A stretch of DNA of 10,072 nucleotides from a bacterium (GTDB lineage Bacteria > CALINM01), in contig JBEQAF010000076.1 of the NCBI GenBank assembly GCA_041640455.1, positions 1 through 10,072 on the forward strand, written 5' to 3'. The position numbers and the translations under genes were made by a program. The notes under the pieces are model-generated. The model was not told the origin of the DNA and ran no database searches. It saw nothing but the letters and a program-made list of their open reading frames with translations. Positions 1 to 6,708 of the stretch are shown piece by piece. Numbering within the stretch: position 1 is the first letter of the stretch; each line of letters starts with the position of its first letter.

Positions 1-788
1 GAGCCAGACTGAAGGGGAAGATGTATATGGGGCATAAGCTTTTTCACCTGTCTAAAGGATTCGATCAGTTTTTCAGTAAGGTCTTTGGGGTGAGAGGTGG
101 TAAATCTTATCCTTTCAATGGCTGTTATATCTGCAACTTTTTCAATAAGATCTACAAAACCATCTTTGAGAGAAAGATCTTTACCGTAGGAGTTTACATT
201 CTGCCCGAGCAGCATAACCTCTTTAACACCAAGATCAGTAAGCCTTTTAATCTCATTAATTATCTCATCAGCAGGTCTACTCACCTCCCTGCCTCTTACG
301 TATGGAACTATACAGAAGCTACAGAAGTTGTCACAGCCCTGCATTATGGGTATCATAGCACGGATTCCTTCTGTTTTCAGTATCCTGTAATCCCTGTCTA
401 TGATATTTTTGTCTTCTACCTCCACGACTTTCTGATTATTTTTAGCTCTCTCTACAAAGTCTGGTAGATAATTAATATGATGAGGACCAAAGATAATATC
501 GAGATAGGGCGCTTTTTTAAGGAGATTTTCTCCCTCCTGCCTTGCCACACAGCCGCAGACTGCTAAGATAGAGCTGTTCTTCTTTTTAAAGGGGTAAACC
601 CGTCCAAGAAAGCTCAGCACCTTTTTCTCTGCCTTATCCCTGATACTACAGGTATTTACAAGAATGAGAGATGCATCGGAGGGATCCTCAACCTTTTCAA
701 ATCCCATTGCCATAAGGATAGAAGCCATATATTCCGAATCTGCCTCATTCATCTGGCAACCATAGGTTTCAATATAAAATTTTTCCAT
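1..788 (-). CDS. miaB: tRNA-2-methylthio-N6-dimethylallyladenosine synthase MiaB (radical SAM methylthiotransferase), 5' part; 3' end truncated by window edge
   Basis: Manual translation of the minus strand from ATG at 788 is open to position 1: MEKFYIETYGCQMNEADSE...NTCSIRDKAEKKV...GCVARQEG...IMQGCDNFCSFCIVPYVRGREVSRP...LLGQNVNSYG...RIRFTTSHPKD...HIHLPLQSG. It has the UPF0004 cysteines, the CxxxCxxC radical SAM motif and MiaB-type GCQMN/GQNVN/TSHP motifs. It is absent from the ORF track because no stop codon lies inside the window. Confidence 0.95.
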   Translation of the reverse strand, partial: MEKFYIETYGCQMNEADSEYMASILMAMGFEKVEDPSDASLILVNTCSIRDKAEKKVLSFLGRVYPFKKKNSSILAVCGCVARQEGENLLKKAPYLDIIFGPHHINYLPDFVERAKNNQKVVEVEDKNIIDRDYRILKTEGIRAMIPIMQGCDNFCSFCIVPYVRGREVSRPADEIINEIKRLTDLGVKEVMLLGQNVNSYGKDLSLKDGFVDLIEKVADITAIERIRFTTSHPKDLTEKLIESFRQVKKLMPHIHLPLQSG

Positions 789-796
789 AATTTATG

Positions 797-825
797 ATTA
801 TATATGAAAAAGGATCTTTAAGCAA
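797..825 (-). promoter_or_regulatory. sigma70-type promoter of miaB (TTGCTT-N17-TATAAT)
   Basis: Minus strand reads TTGCTT (825-820), a 17-nt spacer, TATAAT (802-797), then 8 nt to the ATG at 788. No Shine-Dalgarno is present. Confidence 0.7.
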
Positions 826-850
826 TTATGGAACAGGAGATTAAGGCGAG

Positions 851-877
851 ATAATAGGCGGGGAGTCTGTCCCCGCC
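851..877 (-). terminator. probable intrinsic terminator after the HMGL-like gene
   Basis: Perfect 8-bp GC-rich stem GGCGGGGA-cagac-TCCCCGCC (877-857), 13 nt after the stop codon, followed by a weak U-rich tail (TATTAT). Confidence 0.6.
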
Positions 878-890
878 CTGAGTTTTGATA

Positions 891-1943
891 TTATATTTTT
901 CCTAATTTTCTTTTGGCATCTTCATCAAGAAACTCTGTTGGTCCCTTAGGAATTCTACCTGTCTTAATGGATTCGGACCTCAATCTTCTCCCCACTATTC
1001 TTTCTACCATCTGACCTATTTTAAGTAATCTGTCCACATCAATACCTGTTTCTATCCCCATCTCATCCATCATTACTACCATATCTTCCGTTGAAACCAG
1101 CCCCACAATGTTAGGGTCTCTATAATAATATTCCCCTGTTCCTGAAACTGGAACACCATCAACAAAATTAGCAGGCTGCCCACCTATGCCACCGCAGGTT
1201 GATTCAAAATGGGTGATTCCTGCCTGAAGCGCAGCCAGCACGTTGGCAAGCCCCCAGCCTCTGGTTGTGTGAAAATGGGCAATATGTTTTGTGGTATCTG
1301 GAATCTCATCAAGAACCATTGAGAAATACTCATAAACCTTATTTGGTGGAGCTGAGCCATCATGGTCTGCATGTTCAATATCATCGGCTCCAAGACTCAG
1401 ATATCTTTTAGTAAACTCTACTGCCTTTTTTAGCTCCGTAGGTCCTTCTATAGGACAGCCCCAGATTGTGCTGACCGTGCCATTAAACTTCATTCCAACT
1501 TCTTTTGCTTCTTTAATGCATTTTTCGGTCATTTCCCAGTACTCTTTGTGTGTAAGCCCTGAGTTTTTATACTGATGAGACTCGCTGGTTGATACCATCT
1601 GTAGTATTCTGTCCGGTCCCCATCCTTCTTTTCTTGCCTGAATAGCTCTTTCAACAGCCTTTTCCCTTATTGTAACGGCTGTAATCTCCACATCTTTTAT
1701 AAGATGGGCAATTCTCTTACTGTTTCTGATCCCCTTTAGTACTTCCTCCGCATCCTTAAACTGGGGCATCCCCTTGGGATTACCAAAATTGGTAACTTCA
1801 ATCCTTCTAAACCCTGCTAAAACGAGCTCTTCTGCAACCCAGATCTTAGCCTCTGTGGGTATAAACTTTTCTTCATGCTGGAAGCCATCTCTAACGGTAA
1901 TATCTCCCAGAACAACCTTTTTTGGATAATTCATTGTTGCCAT
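891..1943 (-). CDS. HMG-CoA lyase-like DRE-TIM metallolyase (atypical active-site loop; substrate uncertain)
   Basis: DITVRDGFQHE (D-R-E motif), IEVTNF, WGCPIEG, HFHTTRG (HxH metal ligands), GLANVLAALQAG and STEDMV. The start is placed at ATG 1943 (MATMNYPK), which follows the SD AAGGAGGT (1955-1948). The ORF-track GTG start at 1949 lies inside that SD. Confidence 0.85.
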   Translation of the reverse strand: MATMNYPKKVVLGDITVRDGFQHEEKFIPTEAKIWVAEELVLAGFRRIEVTNFGNPKGMPQFKDAEEVLKGIRNSKRIAHLIKDVEITAVTIREKAVERAIQARKEGWGPDRILQMVSTSESHQYKNSGLTHKEYWEMTEKCIKEAKEVGMKFNGTVSTIWGCPIEGPTELKKAVEFTKRYLSLGADDIEHADHDGSAPPNKVYEYFSMVLDEIPDTTKHIAHFHTTRGWGLANVLAALQAGITHFESTCGGIGGQPANFVDGVPVSGTGEYYYRDPNIVGLVSTEDMVVMMDEMGIETGIDVDRLLKIGQMVERIVGRRLRSESIKTGRIPKGPTEFLDEDAKRKLGKI

Positions 1944-1972
1944 AGACACCTCCTTACAGTTTACGTAAAGGT

Positions 1973-2001
1973 AATATATATGATTTACTTTTTAATGTCA
2001 A
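1973..2001 (-). promoter_or_regulatory. sigma70-type promoter of the HMGL-like gene (TTGACA-N17-TATATT)
   Basis: Perfect -35 TTGACA (2001-1996), a 17-nt spacer and -10 TATATT (1978-1973), with an A-tract upstream resembling an UP element. Confidence 0.7.
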
Positions 2002-2006
2002 GCTTT

Positions 2007-2038
2007 TTTTAAAACAATGTTAACCATTTTAAAACAAT
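2007..2038. repeat. 12-bp direct repeat TTTTAAAACAAT x2 (20-bp period), possible regulator site
   Basis: Identical copies at 2007-2018 and 2027-2038, between the two divergent promoters. Confidence 0.45.
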
Positions 2039-2070
2039 TAGAAACATGCGTTTATTGTAAATAAAAAAGA

Positions 2071-2086
2071 TGGCATATGATTTGCA
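2071..2086 (+). promoter_or_regulatory. sigma54 (RpoN) -24/-12 promoter of the glutamine amidotransferase gene
   Basis: TGGCAT-ATGAT-TTGCA matches the consensus TGGCAC-N5-TTGCW with exact GG-N10-GC spacing. It is intergenic and correctly oriented, with a predicted +1 near 2097, upstream of SD AAAGGAG (2112-2118). Confidence 0.75.
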
Positions 2087-2128
2087 GAAATATTCTTTAA
2101 TTGATTTCTTTAAAGGAGAGATAAAAAT

Positions 2129-2770
2129 ATGTTTTATGTAGTTAAACATGTTGAGGAGGAAGGAGCCGGACTTTTTAAAGAGTTTGTGGGAGACAGAGAA
2201 TGCAAGACTCTGATGGCTGATTCTCTTGAGTTTCCAAATGTAACAGCTGAAGATGTGGTGATTATAATGGGTGGACCCATGGGTGTTTACGAGAAACAGA
2301 GATATCCCTTTATTGACAAGGAATTGCATTTTATCAGGACATGCTATAGCAGAAATGCAAAAATTTTGGGCATCTGTCTGGGGGCTCAGCTTATTGCAGA
2401 AGCACTGGGCGGTATGGTTTATAGAGGACAGATAAAAGAGCTGGGCTGGTACGAGATAACTCACACAAAGGAGGCTAAAGAGAGCTCTGTTTTTAATATT
2501 TTTCCAGAAAAATTAAAGGTCTTTCAATGGCATCAGGATACTTTTTTGCTTCCAGAGGATGCTAAAAGACTTGCATTTAATGAGAATTACAAAAATCAGG
2601 CTTTTTCTATTAAAGACAGAATATTCGGGCTTCAGTATCACATAGAGGTAACAGAAGAGATAATAAAAGACTGGTTCCCTGAAGATTATGAGAATTTAAT
2701 GGACAGAAATCAGCTTGCCCTGCTTCGAGACTATGCCTATGAATTTTTTCAAAGGTTTATAAAATTATAG
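2129..2770 (+). CDS. stand-alone class I (type 1) glutamine amidotransferase / GuaA-like gamma-glutamyl hydrolase family protein
   Basis: GGPMGVYE oxyanion strand, LGICLGAQLIAEALGG nucleophile elbow (Cys), FQWHQDTF and GLQYHIE (His-x-Glu), so the catalytic triad is complete. Good SD. No synthetase domain. Confidence 0.88.
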   Translation: MFYVVKHVEEEGAGLFKEFVGDRECKTLMADSLEFPNVTAEDVVIIMGGPMGVYEKQRYPFIDKELHFIRTCYSRNAKILGICLGAQLIAEALGGMVYRGQIKELGWYEITHTKEAKESSVFNIFPEKLKVFQWHQDTFLLPEDAKRLAFNENYKNQAFSIKDRIFGLQYHIEVTEEIIKDWFPEDYENLMDRNQLALLRDYAYEFFQRFIKL

Positions 2771-3628
2771 CTACCTCATCTCCTCAAATAGCTCTTCAAC
2801 AGATATATTTTCCAGATCATAATCAGCTAAGGGTTTGTCCTTTAATTCGAGAGAGCTCTCCTCATAGGTTGGTTTTCTCGTTTTATAAAACACTCCTATG
2901 GGTATCTTATCTCCGTTTTCAAATGCCTTTTTTAGAGCAGATTCAAAATCAGCAGGATTATGACCTGTATCTTCAAGCCTGTAAACTCTCGGATTATAAA
3001 AAGGATAGGAATAGCCCGGATTAAAGGTTACACAGGGCTGTAAGACATCTACTACAGAAAAGCCTTTGTGATTAATAGCCTGAACAATCAATGAGGCAAG
3101 ATGGTCTATATCGCCTGAATAGCCTCTTGCTACAAATGTGGCTCCCTGTATAATTGCCAGTGCAAGCTGATTAACGGGCTCCTCAATAACCCCGAAGGGG
3201 GTTGATTTGGTTTGAAAACCTTTCGGACTTGTGGGTGCAGTCTGTCCTGTAGTTAATCCGTAAACCCTGTTGTCGTGAATTATGTAAGTAATATCAATGT
3301 TTCTCCTGCAGGTATGGATAAAATGTCCGATACCTATTCCCAGTCCATCTCCGTCTCCAGAAGTGGCTATCACATTTAAATTGTGGTTGGCAAGCTTTAT
3401 GCCTGTTGCCACAGGGAGAGTTCGACCATGAATAGAATGAAAGCCATATACCTTAAGAAAATTGGACAGGTTGCCTGAGCATCCTATTCCAAATATCATC
3501 GTAACATCGCTGTTGTCAAAACCTAACTCAAGAAAGGCATTTTTCAGCGCATACCAGATGCCAAAATTACCACAGCCGGGACACCAAGAAGGTGTTTGAT
3601 ATGTATTAAATTTTGGATTATCTTTCAT
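2771..3628 (-). CDS. korB: 2-oxoacid:ferredoxin oxidoreductase, beta subunit (TPP-binding)
   Basis: WCPGCGN, GIGCSG, HSIHGR, the GDGD...DN TPP motif, YGLTTGQTAPT and QPCVTFN. SD AGGAG, with an ATGA overlap with the alpha-subunit stop. The 2-oxoacid specificity cannot be read from the sequence. Confidence 0.92.
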   Translation of the reverse strand: MKDNPKFNTYQTPSWCPGCGNFGIWYALKNAFLELGFDNSDVTMIFGIGCSGNLSNFLKVYGFHSIHGRTLPVATGIKLANHNLNVIATSGDGDGLGIGIGHFIHTCRRNIDITYIIHDNRVYGLTTGQTAPTSPKGFQTKSTPFGVIEEPVNQLALAIIQGATFVARGYSGDIDHLASLIVQAINHKGFSVVDVLQPCVTFNPGYSYPFYNPRVYRLEDTGHNPADFESALKKAFENGDKIPIGVFYKTRKPTYEESSLELKDKPLADYDLENISVEELFEEMR

Positions 3629-5352
3629 AGGCTTTCTCCTTTATAAATTTTTAAAATATTCTCGGCTAACTCGTCCGGGAAAAAGGGTCTGCCATCGTCT
3701 TTAAGAATTCGATGATTAATCTTTATGCAGAGGTTTTCCTGAATAATCGATGCCAGCTGACCTGTATAATTGTTTTCCACAGATATAAGAATCTTAGCTG
3801 AATTTATGAAATCCAGATAATGCTCTCCTACAAATGGGAACGGACATAAACAATGTAGAAAATTAACCTTGATCCCCTTTTCTTTTAAAATATTCATTGC
3901 TGCAAGGGCAGGTAGCTTTATAGAACCAAAACCAATAATCGAGACATCAGGAGCCTCATCGCCATAGATTTTTGGCTTGGGCAGATCTTTTTTTAGCAGT
4001 TCAAGCCTTTTAAATCTTTTTTCAAGCATGCTGTTTCTTTCATGAGCCTCTTCGGATACAAGACCGTATTCGTCATGCTCATCACTGTTTGCCAGCTGCA
4101 TGCCATTTTTTGCAGGCGGGAGAGCTCTGAATGATATGCCATCTTCTATAGTCAAATCATATCTTTTATACCCTTCAGGAACCTCTTTTAATATCTTACC
4201 TCTCTCAATCTTAATATCCAGGTGGTCAAGCCTGTCAACACTCTGGGAGCTTTCTGAGAGCAGTTTGTCGCTCATCAAAATAACTGGTATCTGATATTTT
4301 TCCGCAATATTAAAGGCAAGCTGAATAAGCTGGTATGCTTCAGAAACATCTCCAGGCGTAAGAATGCATCTTAAAAACTCTCCCTGTGAGGCATGCATAA
4401 CAAATCTAAGATCTGCCTGGCTGGTCCATGTGGGCATACCAGTACTTGGTCCCGGTCTCATGGCTTCAACAAGCACAAGCGGCGTCTCTGTGATAGCTGC
4501 CATTCCAAGAGCCTCTGACATAAGGCTAAAACCCCCTCCCGAAGTGCCTGCCATTGCCCTTACCCCGGCAAAGTTGGCACCTATGGCAGTTAGAATTGCT
4601 GCAATTTCATCTTCTGTATGTTTAACAAGTATCTTATATTTTTGTGATAGGGGAGCTAAAAAATGTAGAATTGAAGATGCTGGCGTCATCGGATAGGCGG
4701 CATAAAGTTTTAACCCTGCCTTTATGGCACCCATAGCAATGGCTTCATTCCCTGTAACTACCATATTTTTTGTATCAGAAATCTTTGAAAGAGCATAATT
4801 AAACTGCCCGGTAAAATTTTCTTTCACATAGTTATAGCCTAAAGTTACTGCCTTCTCATTCATATTTATCACATCTTTACCCTTGTCTTTAAAGGCTTTT
4901 CTCACACTTTCGAGCACCAGATCAAGGGAAACATTTATAAAAGCAAAGGATGCACCCAGTGCAACATTGTTTTTAGTAATCTTTCCACCTGCCTCTTTTG
5001 CAAGATCATCCATTGGGAGATAAAAGATATTTCCGAAACGGAAGCTTATATCTTTTAGATGGGAATCGGCAATTATGATACCCCTATCTTTCATCTCTTC
5101 CAGATGTAGCTCTATGGTCTCTTTATTTAGAGCCACCAGCATATCAATCTTTCTCTCCGCAAAAACGGGCATTTTATCTTTAACCTTCACCTGATAGCAG
5201 TTGTGTCCACCTCTTATTCTTGAGGGATATTCGGGATAATTGTAAACATGAAGCCCCATTCTTGTGCAGATCTTGGAGAACATCAGCCCCGTAACCATTA
5301 TCCCTTCTCCTGCCTCTCCTCCTATCTTCCAGTTGAAATCATTAATTACCAT
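3625..5352 (-). CDS. korA: 2-oxoacid:ferredoxin oxidoreductase, alpha subunit (gamma-alpha fusion)
   Basis: N-terminal IGGEAGEG...SRIRGGHN gamma-like domain, GNEAIAMGA, YPMTPAS, EDEIAA, TSGGGFSLM, RPGPSTGMPT and SDEHDE. SD GGAGGT lies 5 nt before the ATG. Confidence 0.93.
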   Translation of the reverse strand: MVINDFNWKIGGEAGEGIMVTGLMFSKICTRMGLHVYNYPEYPSRIRGGHNCYQVKVKDKMPVFAERKIDMLVALNKETIELHLEEMKDRGIIIADSHLKDISFRFGNIFYLPMDDLAKEAGGKITKNNVALGASFAFINVSLDLVLESVRKAFKDKGKDVINMNEKAVTLGYNYVKENFTGQFNYALSKISDTKNMVVTGNEAIAMGAIKAGLKLYAAYPMTPASSILHFLAPLSQKYKILVKHTEDEIAAILTAIGANFAGVRAMAGTSGGGFSLMSEALGMAAITETPLVLVEAMRPGPSTGMPTWTSQADLRFVMHASQGEFLRCILTPGDVSEAYQLIQLAFNIAEKYQIPVILMSDKLLSESSQSVDRLDHLDIKIERGKILKEVPEGYKRYDLTIEDGISFRALPPAKNGMQLANSDEHDEYGLVSEEAHERNSMLEKRFKRLELLKKDLPKPKIYGDEAPDVSIIGFGSIKLPALAAMNILKEKGIKVNFLHCLCPFPFVGEHYLDFINSAKILISVENNYTGQLASIIQENLCIKINHRILKDDGRPFFPDELAENILKIYKGESL

Positions 5353-5367
5353 CTGATACCTCCAGAT

Positions 5368-6708
5368 TTACTCAATGTTGTATTCCTTAATCTTGTAATG
5401 CAATGACCTCGGGCTAATTTCCAGAAGCTTTGATGCTTTAAGCCTGTTGCCACCAGTAATCTGTAAAGCCCGCTTTATAAAACTCTTTTCCATCTCTTCA
5501 ATGGCCTTTTTGAGAGAAACTATATTGGTGTCTTTATTTTCTTCCTCTCTCTCCTTTTCATCTTTGTCAAACATATATTCAGGCAGGTCTTCTATATCCA
5601 ACCTCTCTCCCGTATTGAATATAACTGTTTTCTCAACAAAATTTTTCATCTCTCTAAAATTTCCAGGCCAGCGATAAGATAACAATACCTCCATTGCCTG
5701 ATCGGATATATATTTTCCATGCTTCTCAAGCTCTCTTTTCAGATATAACTTTATATCTTCTTTTCTTTCCCTGAGAGGCGGGACATAGATAGGTATAACA
5801 TTCAATCGGTAATAAAGATCTTCTCTGAACTTTCCGCTCTCTATAAGCTTTTTTAAATCTTTGTTTGTAGCCGAGATAATTCTTACATCTACTCTTATGG
5901 TTTTAAGATCTCCAATTCTTCTTATCTCTCCATCTTCCAGAAATCTTAAAAGCTTGCTCTGAAGCCCCTCTTTCATCTCCGATATCTCATCCAGAAAGCA
6001 TGTGCCCTCATGGGCAAATTCAAGAAGTCCTCGTTTGGGCTTTGAAGCATCTGTAAAGGCACCTTTTGCGTAACCAAAGAGCTCGCTTTCCAGAAGATTT
6101 TCAGGAATGGCTGCACAGTTAATGGCAACAAAAGGGTTTTCAGCTCTTTCGCTTTTCTGGTGTATCAGTCTTGCAACTATCTCCTTGCCAACTCCGCTTT
6201 CACCGTAGATTAATACTGGCTGGCGGTAAGGAGCTACTTTATCAATGGCTCTAATAACTTCTTTCATCGCCTGACTTTCTATTACCAGATCTTTTAAGAA
6301 TTCATTGTTTTTCTGATTTCTTAAAAGCTCATTTTCTTTAATCAATCTTTCCCTTTCTTCAGCTTTCTTTAGAGCTATTATCACCTCATCAGAGCTGAAT
6401 GGCTTGGAGATATAATCATAGGCGCCTCTTCTTATAGCCTGAACGGCAATATCAACTGAACCATAGGAGGTCATCATAATCAGTGTAACCTTTATTCTCT
6501 GCTTTTTTATCTCCTCAAGAAACTGGAATCCATCAAGTTTTGGCATCTTAATGTCGCAAAGCACAATATCGTATATATCGCTCTTCAGTTTTTCGAGACC
6601 GATCTCCCCATCCTCAGCGAGATCTACCTCATACCCAGATTTTTCAAGTATGGTCTTAAGCATGTGTCTTATGCTAAACTCATCGTCAACAACCAGCACC
6701 TTTATCAT
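5368..6708 (-). CDS. sigma54-dependent NtrC-family response regulator (REC-AAA+-Fis HTH), PilR-like
   Basis: REC domain (VVDDE, CDIKMP phospho-Asp, DYISKPF), Walker A GESGVGKE, ESELFG..KGAFTDA loop, Walker B FLDEI, FREDLYYRLNV, WPGN and a C-terminal Fis HTH. ATGA overlap with the kinase gene. Confidence 0.93.
   Translation of the reverse strand: MIKVLVVDDEFSIRHMLKTILEKSGYEVDLAEDGEIGLEKLKSDIYDIVLCDIKMPKLDGFQFLEEIKKQRIKVTLIMMTSYGSVDIAVQAIRRGAYDYISKPFSSDEVIIALKKAEERERLIKENELLRNQKNNEFLKDLVIESQAMKEVIRAIDKVAPYRQPVLIYGESGVGKEIVARLIHQKSERAENPFVAINCAAIPENLLESELFGYAKGAFTDASKPKRGLLEFAHEGTCFLDEISEMKEGLQSKLLRFLEDGEIRRIGDLKTIRVDVRIISATNKDLKKLIESGKFREDLYYRLNVIPIYVPPLRERKEDIKLYLKRELEKHGKYISDQAMEVLLSYRWPGNFREMKNFVEKTVIFNTGERLDIEDLPEYMFDKDEKEREEENKDTNIVSLKKAIEEMEKSFIKRALQITGGNRLKASKLLEISPRSLHYKIKEYNIE

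Noticed and set aside
21..467. 148-aa plus-strand ORF
   Set aside because: Antisense shadow of miaB with no recognisable motifs.
1184..1393. 69-aa minus-strand ORF
   Set aside because: Alternative frame inside the lyase gene, with no recognisable motif.
1944..1949. ORF-track GTG start of the lyase at 1949
   Set aside because: It lies inside the SD (AAGGAGGT). The ATG at 1943 has proper spacing.
2009..2464. 151-aa minus-strand ORF
   Set aside because: Antisense to the GATase and runs through the promoter region. No recognisable family.
3389..3404. sigma54-like AGGCAT-AAAGC-TTGCC on the minus strand
   Set aside because: It lies inside korB coding sequence (GIKLA codons) with no gene start downstream, so it is probably chance.
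4100..4696. Plus-strand ORFs 4100..4294 and 4364..4696
   Set aside because: Antisense shadows of korA.
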